A DNA stretch of 64,000 nt from positions 182,342,001 to 182,406,000 of the forward strand of contig NC_133622.1 of NCBI RefSeq assembly GCF_048593235.1, given 5' to 3'. The notes beneath the pieces were generated by a model. The model was not told the origin of the DNA, did no database searches, and was given only the letters and a program-made list of their open reading frames with translations. Source of the DNA: Sminthopsis crassicaudata. Taxonomy: Eukaryota. This document shows positions 12,486 through 24,612 of this stretch, in pieces (positions within the stretch are counted from its first letter, which is position 1; each line of letters begins with the position of its first letter). A program made the position numbers and the translations under genes.

Positions 12486-13363
12486 AGACCAAAAAGTAAA
12501 TAGACTTTGGACACAAAGTAGGGAGTAATTTTATTTTGTTGGTCAAAATAAGACAAAATAAACAACTGTAGTTCAATATTAATCATATCCTTATTACAAG
12601 TAATGGAGAAGGGTAGTTGTTAGTCACTTATTCAAAGGAATAAAAGCTTTACAACCCTGAGAGATTGTTTTATTTCTAGTACAAAACCATGGTGCTAGAA
12701 TGGATAGAACACTGAGCTTGAAAATAGAAGATTTGTGTGACTCTAGCTACGTGACTGGAAGAAATTATCTATTTTTTTTCCTGAGGATTTTTTCATTGGT
12801 AAATGAGTAGTCAGTAAGTATTCACTAACACTTACTATGTGTGAGGAGCCCATGTTCTAATAATGGTGAGAACTTGCAAACAACTGGGTATATGGGAGAC
12901 ATACAAAATTGCCTGACCTTTTTTCAAAGGTTGACCATAATAGTGCATGATAATGCATCAAAAAGTACTATGAAAAGATGCGTGATGTATTTTGGGTGCA
13001 GGATATATTTTGGAGAATTACAGGAAAAATGAGAATAATTGAGATTATCCAAAGAATTTTAAGAGTTGGTTAGGATATGAAGGTTCCCTGTTAAAGCCTC
13101 TGATGCAATTTAAGATCTTTTCTTTTCACCTTAAGCTCTCTCCATCACTCTTGTACTCTTCTCTTTTAACATAGAACCTAGCTCCCCTTCTTTTCTGAGA
13201 AAACAAAGTTCATTTGCCATGAACATCTTCTAGCTTACTCCATTGTTTACAAATGCTCTTTCTTTGTGTCCAATCTCTCCTTTGCTCTATCTCTGATAAA
13301 GAAACAGTCATCCATTCTTGGTAAGATCAGATCCTCCCCTTGCTCTCTTGATGCTATCTTCTT

Positions 13364-13743
13364 TTTTAAAAAAAATTATTATTATTATAGCTTTTTATTG
13401 ACAAAACATATGCATGGGTAATTTTTCAACATTGACCCTTGCAAAAACTTCTGTTCCAGCTTTTCCCTTCCTTCCCTTCCCCTAGATGCCAGATAGACCA
13501 ATATATGTTAAATACAATATATGTATACATATTTATACAGTTATCTTGTTGCACAAGAAAAATCAGATTTAGAAAGAAGGCAAAAATAACCTGAGAAGAA
13601 AAACAAAAATGCAAGCAAACAATAACAGAAAGAGTGGAAATGCTATGCTGTGATCCACACTCATTTCCCAGTGTGCTTTCGCTGGGTGTAGCTGGTTCTG
13701 TTCATCACTGATCAATGGGAACGATTTGGATCCTCTCATTTTT
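13364..13743 (-). mobile_element. Marsupial L1 3' end with TSD
   Basis: L1 3'UTR on the reverse strand, with exact 13-bp TSD atgctatcttctt at 13351-13363 and 13744-13756. Interrupts an L2. Confidence 0.92.
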
Positions 13744-13869
13744 ATGCTATCTTCTTCTGGAAACTGTCCCTTATTTAAACCTTAAACCCTTTAATTCCAT
13801 GTCTCCATATCTACTGGCTCCTTTACCACTGCTTACAAACACATGGAGGTTTCTTAGTATTTAGAACTG

Positions 13870-14327
13870 ACCCTAGCATACTCCCTGCCCAGGGTAGAAA
13901 GTTCTTCTAAAAACTCTGTCAGTAGATTGTCCAGTGACATTTTTTCCTAAGTAGGCTGCCCATTGTTGGCCAGCTCTAGATGTTAGCAAGTTCTTCCTAT
14001 ATTGAATCTCTCTCAAATCTCTTCTTATAATTTGTACCCAGAATTCCTAGTTCTGACCTTGGGGAGTTATACAGAATAAATCTGTTTCCTCTTTTTCAAG
14101 GCAATCCATAGGATATTTGAGGACATCTTTGAATCCGGTAAAATCCAGTTATTCTTATCTTCAAGTCAGTCTATGTTCTTTTAACTTATTCTTAGATGAC
14201 ATGGTCAAAGGAAACTTCAGCAGATGCCTTACTGAAATATGGATACTTTGTCCATAGAGTTTCTTTTGATCAGCCAGTCTTGGTAAACCTGTCAAAAAAG
14301 GAAATGAGGTTAGTCCAGCATGACCCT
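13870..14327 (-). mobile_element. CR1/L3 LINE fragment (RT start and 3' region)
   Basis: Reverse translation SCWTNLISFFDR...FSKASAEVS resembles CR1 RT SCQTNLISFFDR...FSKAFDKVS; aagttcttcctatattga...cctagttctgacc is an L3 motif. Confidence 0.8.
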
Positions 14328-14690
14328 GTGTTTAGCCTGGAGAAGAGAAGATATTATGTGAACATGATTTCCTGTCTTCAAGTATTTAAAGGCTGTCATG
14401 TAGGAGAGAGATTAGTCTTACTCTACTTAGTCCCAAAAGAGCAAGGAAAACTAGGAGTAATAAGTGGAAGTCTTCAGGAAGCATATTTTTTCTTAATAAA
14501 TAACAAAATTGCTTAACATTTAAGTACTTTATAAAAATGAAGTCTTGCCTGAGGAAATAATGAATTCTTTTTTATTGGCAGCTGAATGAACTCATTTTAA
14601 TTATTGTTGGCCTTTGATTGGGAAGTTTTTACTCTCAGGTACAGTTTGGACAATGTGACCTCTAAAGTCCCTTTAAAATCTGAATTTCTA
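14328..14690 (+). mobile_element. CR1/L3 LINE 3' fragment, opposite orientation
   Basis: tttagcctggagaagagaaga (FSLEKRR)...gtcttcaagtatttaaaggctgtcatg; ends with the L3 tail ttggacaatgtgacctctaaagtccc. Confidence 0.8.
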
Positions 14691-14699
14691 GGTATCTCA

Positions 14700-14990
14700 C
14701 ACTGATCATCTGACCTTGAACTCATCCCACTTTTTAAAATACCTTTCCAGGATAAGATATAACATTTGAGATAGGATTTAGTCAGGTTAGATGACAGTAA
14801 GTTCTTTTTACCTCCTCTATTACAGCCTGAGAGCATCTTCCTTTTTTGGATTGCATGTAACAGTTCTGGCTCTCTTTGAGCTTGTACTCTGCTAATGCCC
14901 CATGATTTTCTTTACATAAACTCTTATCTGACCAATGCATAATGTTTTTTTCCATATTATTTTCATGTTGACTAAGTATTTTAAAATGGT
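14700..14990 (-). mobile_element. Probable CR1/L3 ORF2 upstream fragment
   Basis: Resembles reverse-strand CR1 endonuclease-region sequence and lies collinear with the 13870-14327 fragment. Confidence 0.4.
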
Positions 14991-16051
14991 GAAAATCATG
15001 GCTGAGAATCTGGTCTTTCCTTGTATCTGAAGTTTTCTCTAGCTCTTCATTGTTGAGATGTGGCTGTGTCTAGACCTATTGGGACACCTTCATTCTAAAA
15101 TTTGATTTCACCCTATATGACATGAATACCAACCTTTCTCCTTTGTGTTACATGGGAGTGTTTTAAGTTTTGGCAAATAATTCTTTGGAGCTACAGTGTG
15201 GATCAAACTGAGAAAGCCTGAGGGTCCTTAGCTATCTTAAGGAGGACTTAATATAGTCCACTGAAAGATTTCAGAGAATCTTCCCTTAATCCCTTCGGTG
15301 TCCTAGGTTTCACTACATTCTTGACAAAGGAATGTTCGTGACTGTGCATATATAGGGAGGAAGTAAGCATTCCTTCAGTCTGGGAAAATTGAAAACCAGA
15401 TTCATGAAATTTTATCAGAGATGACCGAAGACATCACATATTCACAGGGTTATCGTAGATAGTCAAAGTTGGAAAGGATCTTAGAACAGAGCGGAGTGGG
15501 AAGAAATTCTATAAAACTGAACAAAGAATATGAGGAAAAGTATCGATCCCTATAGCTCCTCTCATCTAACTTCCTTATATTATAGAGAGGAAGACTTGCT
15601 TAGAGTTTAAGTGATTTGTCTAAGGAGTAGAGCTAAGAAGAGATCTGAGATCTCTGGACTCTTAGACCAAACCCTTTCAGCATCTCTATGTATCTTTAAT
15701 ATATTTAGGAAAACAGGATTTAAAGCTAGGAAGGACTTTCAAGAACATAGAGATATAGTATAATTTTTTATAGATAGGAGGATAAATTTCTTCCCCCAAT
15801 CACATAAGTTATAAGTACAGTAACTCTTTATTTTTTTTGAGATTCCTTTTAAAATGCCCAGGAGATTTTTTCCCGTTTCTTGACAAATCCATAGAAAATA
15901 GTGATTTCAATTCTTTTCTTTTCTTTTCAAAACCCCTCCCTGCAAGTCATTCCCTTCCCCAACTCTTCCTTCTCAGTACAGAAACTGGCCTCATATTTTA
16001 TTGAAAAATAGATGCCATCTGCCAGGGAGAACTCCCACTGGTACTCTTCTC

Positions 16052-16230
16052 CAGCGGTATCAAACTCCCTACTCAGAGGGCCACAAAACTCTCAGATTAA
16101 AATATTATGAGGAAATGTTTAACAAAATAAGTTCAAATATAACACACCATAAATTATGTTAATTTGTGGAGTTTTTAAGTCAATAGGCTGCCCACAGGGA
16201 TTCAGTTTCTTTTTGAGTTTGACACTTAGA
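16052..16230. mobile_element. hAT (Charlie-type) MITE
   Basis: Ends cagcggtatcaaactc ... gagtttgacac; body homologous to 43600-43753. Confidence 0.7.
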
Positions 16231-16549
16231 ATTCCTCTGGCATTCCTGAGCCTGCCTTTGTTCCTGCTTCTAATATTGAGGTGGAAGGCGGCTTTTGCCA
16301 AGACTGTTACTTTGATACCCTCCAATCTTCTCCTGAAGTTTGCCCCCTGAGCAGATTCTCTCTCCTGATCCCTTGCATATTTGTGCTTTCTCTCGATTGT
16401 TCATGTTTCTCATTATTTCTGCTCTCTTTCTCTTTTCTGTCTCTTGTGTGTTTTCTGTGTTTCTCTGTCTCTCCTTCCTTCCCCCTCCCTCCAGCTTCTT
16501 CCCTGCTATGTAGAAATATGCCCACATTTCTCTTTTTCTCAAGAGTATT

Positions 16550-16960
16550 CACATGATGCTATCATCCCTCCCCTCCCAATCTCTTGCCTTGTATCTCTCC
16601 CTTTCACTGTCAAATTCTGATGACCTTTTTGCTTTTCAGTTTCTAAAAAAATCAGCCTAGTGTAGGGCTCCACCATTTGACTGAAACTTCTAGCATTAAC
16701 TAGGATATCTTAGTTGATAAATCCAGGGGACTTTTTTTCAATCCTCATCCTTCTTGAACTGAAGTATTTGATGGTCAGCTGCCTCTTCCTTCTTCTGTTT
16801 CCATGTTCTCCTACCAATCTCCTCTTACTTAAGTTCTATTCTTCTTTTTCAAAAGCATCCTCTCTCTCCAAGTATTGAATACCTTGCCTTGGATCCTCTT
16901 CCCTTGGAGAACTCTCAGGAGTTCATTTGCATTTTCTTATGCACTCATGATATATGATTA
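16550..16960 (+). mobile_element. L2 LINE ORF2 fragment
   Basis: gggctccaccatt..actgaaact...ttgataaatccagggga.ctttttttcaatcctcatccttcttga matches L2 RT region motifs. Confidence 0.65.
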
Positions 16961-18424
16961 TATTTCCTAATCATCTTTCTTGGGTCATTCCATTGCTGGG
17001 CTATTAATTCTATGAGTGTAAGGAGCTTATCTTAGGTAAACTTGATGTCATCTCTAGAATCTATCATTGTGCACAGAACATATCAGGTGTTCACTCAAAG
17101 TCTGCTGAGTTTCGAAATCAGCTGAAAATTCTCACTCTCACATATATTAATGTGGTGACGCTTAAAAAATGAAATTATACAGCATAGGTTTTTGGCTGGG
17201 TTCTGTGCACTAGATTTAAAATATTTTGTTAGCTGCATATAAATATATTGATTTTCTTTGTAACTTTGTGTTTTACTTTATGCATTTAAAATATTATTCT
17301 GAGAAGGAGTCCATTGCCAAAAGGATCTATTACACACATAAAAAGAAGGATTTGCATCTGTATCAGTAGGCAAGGATATCAGGGATTACTGATATGTGGA
17401 AATATTTTTTTTGTTTAAGTTAGGGGTCCTCATTACTAGTTTTGGCTCTATCACTGTAATGACTTGGATTTATCCAACTGCTCCTCAGCTTCCTCACCTG
17501 TAAAATGAGGTGACATCAAAGGTCCTTTCAAGTTCTAAGATTCCTTAAGTCACATTTCCATTATGTTTTTAAGAACATTAAATTAAGGCCTTCCTTAAAC
17601 ATAAAGCATGGAGTATATGTTTTAGTACATGAGCTGTTTGTAATGAACTCAGTGGAAGGGCATCGGTGCCAACAGCTCTCCCTTCCAAATTTAACACCAT
17701 GGACCATTAATAAGGTGGGTTCATAAATTTAATTTTAAGCCAATAAGCCTGTTTGCCCAGTGTGGACCCCTGTAAAAAGAAGGCTGAGCAGTGACCACCA
17801 TCCCCATGTGATGCTACATACGTAGGTAATCTCTGCTCTCTAGAAGGAGAGCCTGTCTTCAGGGAGGGATGGGCTGAAAGCCAAGCTTCCCCAGAAATGT
17901 AAACAGGAACACCTGTGTCTCTGCTGAGAAAACCGTTGGCTCATTTATTCCTGGAGTAACACCTCACTTATCTGGGGGTCGCTTCTCTAGTCTCCCCAAC
18001 TACCTGGAACACAGCCGAGAAACCAGATGTGAGGAATAAAAATCTTGGAAGAACTCTAACATGAATAATAATAACTCACATTTATATAGTATTTTATGAA
18101 GCTCTTCCTTTACAAAAATCCTGTGAGGTTGGTAGTGTGAGAATTATTAGCCCCATTTTACAGATGAGGAAATGGAGCCTCTGACTAAGTATGGGAAGCA
18201 GGACTTGAGATTGCCTCTCAGGATCTTTCCACCCTATTACTTTTAAAGCCCATATATTAAAGTACATGCATTTTATCTATGGGAAAGGCCCTCCAGTTCT
18301 CACTGAAAGACTTCTTAACCTGGATTCAAATCTTTTTCATACAGTTCTTAGCAATCTCAGAGTTTACACTTCTAAATGCTTTATTTTACATTTACCTCAC
18401 AACTCAATTGGGATTACATTTTAT

Positions 18425-18640
18425 TATTGTTGTTCAGTTGTTTCAGTCTGACTCTTCATGATCCCATTTGGAGTTTTCTTGGGGAAAAAAAAAAGCTGGA
18501 GTGGTTTGCTATTTCCTTCTCCAACTCATTTTATAGATGAGGAAACCGAGGCAAACGGAGTTAAATGTTTTGTTCAGAATCTTCCAGCTGGTAAGTGTCT
18601 GAGGTCATATTTGAACTTAGGGAAATGAGTTTTCCTGATT
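18425..18640 (-). mobile_element. MAR1-like SINE (MIR core plus RTE tail)
   Basis: ttgttgttcagttgtttcagtctgactcttcatgatcccatttgg...ggagtggtttgctatttccttctcca...gatgaggaaac. Confidence 0.85.
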
Positions 18641-19419
18641 CCACACCCACCTTAGGTAGTGACTGCATAGTGAGAGCATTATTACCCCCATTATAGAAAT
18701 GAGGAAACTGAAGTTCAGAAGGGTGATGTTATTTATCCATGGTTATATAAGGGTTGGATTTGGGTCTCAACGTTCAATCCATTGTTCTGTGCTGTCTTTC
18801 AAGTTGAACTGTTATCTAAGCTGTTAGCAGATGAGAATGAACTCATTAATAAATCTCTGAGTTTAGGAAGGATGCTAAAATAAGACAAACAAGAAAATCT
18901 GCTTAACAACTTGATTGTGAGGAAGGTTTGAAAAATGATATAAGTCCACATAGTAACCAGGGGGAAAAGAGCCCACTAGTCTTGGATTCCTAAATAGGGA
19001 AGAAGACAGTTGCACACATCTTGGTAGTTCCCAGATAATAAGTGATATGATGGGACAATCCAACTTTGTGCTTTCTAAACTTTCTTCCAGTTTTGAAATC
19101 TGTGAAGCTTTTATTCCCCTGCTTTTAATGATAATCTTCCTAAAGATAGGACTCAATGACCTCCACTGCCTTCTATTTTAATAGAAAAGGGCTTGGCTGA
19201 AATATTTGATTCTTGATTCAAGAATTCTGTAAAGGATTTTTTTCCTGTGTTTCGTAAACTCATGATTTCATTGGTGTGGGCACATTCTCTTTCTGTTAAT
19301 TAATCAAGCAGCAAGCTTTAAGCACTTACTAAAAATCGGGTTTATTAGTTAGTTATTAATTGGGTCCATCATCACAATGAATTCGGCTCATTCTTCTGAA
19401 TTAAAATCTGGTCTCAGAT

Positions 19420-19565
19420 AATCAATAGCTGTGTGATATTGGGCAAGTCACTTAACTGTTAATCTTAGTTTCCTCATCTGTGAAATGCGCTGGAGAAAGA
19501 AATGGGAAACCATGCCAGTATTTTGGCTGAGAAAAACCCCAAGTGGGTTATGAAGAATTGGAAAA
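19420..19565 (+). mobile_element. MAR1-like SINE
   Basis: gggcaagtcacttaac...agtttcctcatctgtgaaatgcgctggagaaagaaatgggaaacc...gaaaaaccccaa. Confidence 0.85.
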
Positions 19566-19779
19566 AAGGGAAAAAAGGCTGAATTCATCAGATATTGTGT
19601 TAGGCACTGAGATCATACATATTAAAATGAACTTATTTTAATGGAAGATACAAATGTATATCTAGCATAAATATAAAGTCAATAAATACATAGGTAGATA
19701 TATTACATAGTTAACTGACATTTAGGGATGAATTGGGAAAGGCTTTAATGAGAAGATTATGCTTGAGTTGAACCTTTTA

Positions 19780-20330
19780 AAAATTCTTATGTTATTTAAA
19801 AAATTATAATGCATTCATTTCCCCCTCCTACTTCCCCTCCACTCAGTGCAAAAAAAGAAGGAAAGAAATGCAGAATATCTGTATTATATAAGCAGTCAAG
19901 CAAAACATTCTCATATGATTGTGTCAAAAACAAATTTCTTATTCTTCATATTAATGTATTATTTCTTTGCTATGAATAGATAGTATCTGTCTTTATCAGT
20001 CCTCTGGAATCAGGTTAATCTTGAATTGATTAGAGCTTTTAATCTTTCACTGTTGTTTGTTTTTATAATATTGATATTTTAGTTTTACTCATTTCAGTCT
20101 TTATTTGTTCATATAAATCTTTCCAGATTTCTTGGAAATTATAGATTACCTAATTTCTTATAGCACAGTTATATTCCATTATTTTTATATATCACATTTT
20201 ATTCAGTCATTACCCAGCTGATGGGCAGCCCCTTAATTTCCAATTCTTTGATCACCTCAGACTGGCTCTAAATATATATTTTTTATTTTTATAATTTTTC
20301 TTCTTTCTTTGATTTCTTTGGAAATATAGC
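19780..20330 (-). mobile_element. Old marsupial L1 3' fragment
   Basis: ttcatataaatctttccagattt, ttcttatagcacagttatattccatt, tattcagtcattacccagctgatgggca are L1 ORF2-end/3'UTR motifs. Confidence 0.7.
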
Positions 20331-20614
20331 TCTTAGGTGCAAATTAAAGGATAAGAAAGACTATGAAATGGAAATCAGGAGGTAAAACATTCCAGTAAAT
20401 GGGACATCACTGTAAAGGTGTGGAGATAGGAGATGGTGATGGGAGATTCCTTACATTTGAGGAACAGAGAGAACAATTTGACTGGAGCACACAGTGTTAG
20501 AGTGGGAATAATATCCAGTGAGGTTGGAAAAATGGGTTGATGTTATGTTGTATTAATGTTTTAAAACCTAAGCTGAGAAATATACACATACATACATACA
20601 TACACACACACTTC

Positions 20615-21170
20615 TCAATAATATTTTATTTTTCCAAATACATATGAAGATAGTTTTCAATATTCATTTTTGTAAGATTTTTGTGTTCCAAATTTTTTTC
20701 TCTCTACTTTCCCCATCTTGCCCCTCTCCAAAACAGCAAACAATCCAATATAGATTAAAAACATGCAATCCTTCTAAATATATTGCTATATTTGTCATGT
20801 TGTTGAAGAAAAATCAGAACAAAAGGGAAAAATAGTACAAGAAAGAAAAGGCAAGCAAGCAAAAAAACACAGAAAAGGGTGAAAATACTATGCTTCAACC
20901 CACATTCAATTTTCATCATTTTCCATCCTAAGTCTATTGAAATTGTCCTGGATCACTGTATTGCTGAGAAGAGCTAAGTTTATCATAGTTGATCATCACA
21001 CAATCTTGCTATTACTATGTGCGATGTTTTTTTTTTTTCTGGTTCTTTGCACTTCACTCAGTATCAGTTCTTTTAAGTCTTTCCAGGCTTTTCTGAAATA
21101 AGTCTGCTCATCATTTTTATATACTTTATTCAGCCATTCCTCAATTGATGGGCACCCACTCAATTTCCAG
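20615..21170 (-). mobile_element. Marsupial L1 3' end
   Basis: Homologous to the 36861 and 13364 copies; ends ...cagccattcctcaattgatgggcacccactcaatttcca. Confidence 0.9.
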
Positions 21171-21729
21171 AGGAATTTATATTTTATCCTAGAAGCAATA
21201 GGAAGCTGCGGGCATTAGTTGAGGAGGGGAATCATATTGTAGCTCTGTACTTAAGGAACATTACTTTGGCTGGAGGTAGGGAGATCAATTAGAAGGCTAT
21301 TGCAATAATATCTGATGATAGCATTAACTAAGGTGGCCTCTGTGTGAATCAGAGATAAATAATGTAAAGTCTGAGTTAAACTTTCAAAAATTCTTATTTT
21401 ATTTTAAAAAATTATAATGCATTCATTTCCTCCTCCTCCAATTCTTTGTGAGCTACAATAACTGACATACATTTGCCATTTGGCAGCCAATTCTGTGGTA
21501 AGAGACCTTATCTTGGACTATTAGATGATGGAAACAGTGGGTCGTGAAACTCCTTGTAGTTTTTCCACTGTGGTCAGATCCTCCATTTTTGGCACCGCAC
21601 TGACATAGTCTGGGGTCACTTCATACCTCAAGCTAAAACTGGAGGAGGCCTTCTCAATGTAAGAGTCTATGAAGTATATATTGTAGTGTCTCCTTTGATT
21701 TCATTGCACTATATTCCTTGGATGTTCCC

Positions 21730-22730
21730 ATGTGCTAACAGAGGCTCTATCCCCTAAGGCTCTCTCTGCCTTTTCTCCCTTGGTGTTCTCATCAGCTCCC
21801 ATGGGTCCAATTATCATCTCTATGCAGGCTGACTCCCAAATGCTTATAACCAGCTCTGATCCTCCTCCTGAATTCTATTCCAGTGGAAAGTGTGCTGAAT
21901 TTGGAGTTGGAGCACCCAGTCACATGCTCTTTCATTCCCACCTTGCATAAATCACTTAACCTCTTTGGCCCTCAGTTTCCCCATCTGTGAAATGAAGGGG
22001 ATGGCCTAAATGACCTCCCAGGTCACTTCCCATTTTTAATCTAATCAGATGCCTGAACCCTGTTGATTATACTTCCACAGCATCTTGCACATTTGGTCCT
22101 TTCTCTGTTTGCAGTCACCACTTAACTTCAGGCCCTCCTCACCTCTCACCTGAATAAATTATTTATTGTAATAGCCTCCTGATTAGTCTCTTTTCTTTCA
22201 CTTTCATCCCTCTCTAATACATTCTTCACAGCTGTGATGCCCATCAGGTCTGACTATGTCACTCTCTTGCTCAGAAACCTATTAAGTACAATTTTTTAAG
22301 GCTGACATTTTAAAAGTTCCTGTACAATCTCTTCCTGACAAACTTCTCTCCCTTATTTAACCTTAACCCCCTTCATGCACCTTGTATTTCAGCCAAACTG
22401 GATTTTTAGCTGTTTTGTGAATTAAACATTCAATTCCTTCCCATTTCTGCAGTTCCCCATGCCTGAAATGTGCTTTTTCCTTCTCCTTTTCTAATCCTTT
22501 AAGAATCTCAACGTCCTGCAAAATTTGGTTCAGATGTCCTCTCATCTTGGAAGACTTCTGTGGTCCAATCATCTAGTTTTTAACCTCTGTTAAATTGCCT
22601 TGCATTTATTTATCTATGTATTTGTATATCAAAGATGCACTTAAATTCCTTGATACCAAAGGCTTAAAAAAAACAAACTCTAAATCTCCAGTAGATATTT
22701 AATAAAGATTTTGAAATCAGTTGAATTAAA
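21730..22730 (+). mobile_element. L2 LINE 3' region with a MIR inserted at ~21930-22050
   Basis: ctatgcaggctgactcccaaat, aatagcctcctgattagtctc, tctgactatgtcactctcttgctc, tail ttaataaagattttgaaat. Confidence 0.8.
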
Positions 22731-22786
22731 TCCTTGTTTGTTATGAATTCATCATGGGATTGCTTCTTATTTTCTCTGATAGACAT

Positions 22787-22960
22787 GTTGTTTGTCCTTT
22801 GTTCTGGAAGAACACCATGACATTAGGGAGTTTATACCATGACATGCAAGTGAATTGTATTTAAGTGAGGGAGGATTGTACAAGGTCACCTGCCTCAGTT
22901 TCCCCTCCAGAGCCCTCTGGGTCCAGTGGCCAGTTACAGATCAGGACGACTGGAGATTAT
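22787..22960 (-). mobile_element. RTE-tailed marsupial SINE fragment
   Basis: gttgtttgtcctttgttctggaagaacaccatgacattagggag...catgacatgcaagtgaattg...gatcaggacgactggagat. Confidence 0.8.
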
Positions 22961-24316
22961 AAGGGAGAGCTTATTTTCTTTGCCTACCTTCTCCTGAAGA
23001 CTCCACTAGAAAGACACTTAATCATTATCGGATACGTTGAATTCAATCCAATTGAAATAGATGAGACAGATTCATCCAGAGGAACAAAGAGTACTTTGCT
23101 TTGACATGAGGAAAAGATGAAAGAAGAAAGCTGTTGTTTTTGTTTTTTTCTTTTCCTGGAGGTTAGTTTGATTTTCCTTTGAGAGTGTTCATTTTAGACA
23201 TTCTCTTTGGAGGGTGAAGAGCTTTGCATCTGTAGCAAGATTATCCAGATCATGACGGTTGACTTTAGCCAGCCTTGTTTACACAGGGGATTTAGAAACA
23301 CAAATACCAGCACACATCTGAATGGGCTGCTGCCTCATGACTGGAAATTGGTAATTCTCCAACTGATTGTCTATATTAGTCTGGCATTTACTCTGACCCC
23401 CAATTGGATGGGTCACTTTGAATTGGAAAATCCCAGTGTTATGTTCACAGGCATGTGCCTTTCAGTCCACAAATATTTATAAAAATAACAGCTCTCATTT
23501 ATGTAGTTTCTTATGGTTTACAGAGCACTTTACTCACAATCCTTCTTAGTCAGCCAAATTGGGCTCAAATAAATTTGCACTTTCCCATCTCCATGACTTT
23601 TCCCACATTGCTCCCCTTGCCTGGAATACTTCCCTTCTTGTCTTGTCTTTTGAATTCTACTCCTTTGAAGCCCACCTCAGATGCCAAATCCTCCATGAAA
23701 TTTTCCCTATTAAGCCTCATGTTTGCTTCTCTCAATTTCATTTATTACACAGCTATTATTATATATTATAGTTGTCCGCATTGATTTCCTGTCTCTCTGT
23801 TAGCTTGTGAGTTCCTTGAGCTTAGAGACTGTATATTCTCTAAACTCTGTGTCTCTCCCACTGTTGTGTGAAGCATTTGATGTTGATAGTGGTATTATCC
23901 ACAATTTTGTAAAGGTAGAATCCGAGACCCACAGAGGGAAAGTGACTTTCTTCAAGTCCCATGGCCAATCAATGACACAGCCATGCTGCTAACCCACGTC
24001 TTTTGATCCCATGTGAAAAAGTCTTTACATAACATCATGCTGTCTCCCTTTGTGTGTACCCGTGTGAAGAACTCTGGGTAGTCATTGATATATGTTAAAT
24101 GCAGGATTTTCTGCCCTTAAGAAAATAGCAATCTACAAAAGTAGCCGGTCTCCAGGTCTAGCTATGGCCCCATGGTCAGAGGGCCAGAGGCTGAAGTGGT
24201 ATTCAACACTGTCATACAGTGGCTTTGCCATACTGCCAACGGCATCATCATAATAATCTTCACTTCCAAAATTTCACCTTCTTCAATTACCCTCCTGCCT
24301 AAGCTCCTTCTCCAGC

Positions 24317-24612
24317 CCCAGGATCATACACTGTAATATTGATAGAGCTAGAAGCCACCTCGGAGTTCCTCTAGATCAGGGGGTCTTAAACTTTTTTGGA
24401 TCATGGACTCACTGGCAATTTTGTAGAATTTTTAAAAAGATTTTTAAAATAACAATTATTTTAAAATTAGCTGTAAAAGATTTCTAAAAGATTCCTAATA
24501 GAAGAAAATGACAAATTTCAGTTAAAGGTTAGTGAAAATAAAGATGTGACTTTCCCCCCATCCAAGTTCAAGGACCCTTTGGAGTCTATGTGTAGAGACT
24601 CTGTACCTCCTG
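24317..24612. mobile_element. hAT (Charlie-type) MITE inserted into a MIR3
   Basis: TIRs cagggggtc...acctcctg; degenerate 8-bp TSD ctctagat/atctaaac; the MIR resumes on both sides. Confidence 0.75.

Larger units (their letters stand above)
19580..21370 (-). mobile_element. L2 LINE interrupted by two L1 insertions and a microsatellite
   Basis: Collinear reverse-L2 segments at about 19580-19777, 20335-20580 and 21170-21370. Confidence 0.6.

Noticed and set aside
24130-24300. Possible exon (minus-strand GSEDYYDDAVGSMAKPLYDSVEYHF...)
   Set aside because: The frame is bounded by stops with no convincing acceptor/donor pair.
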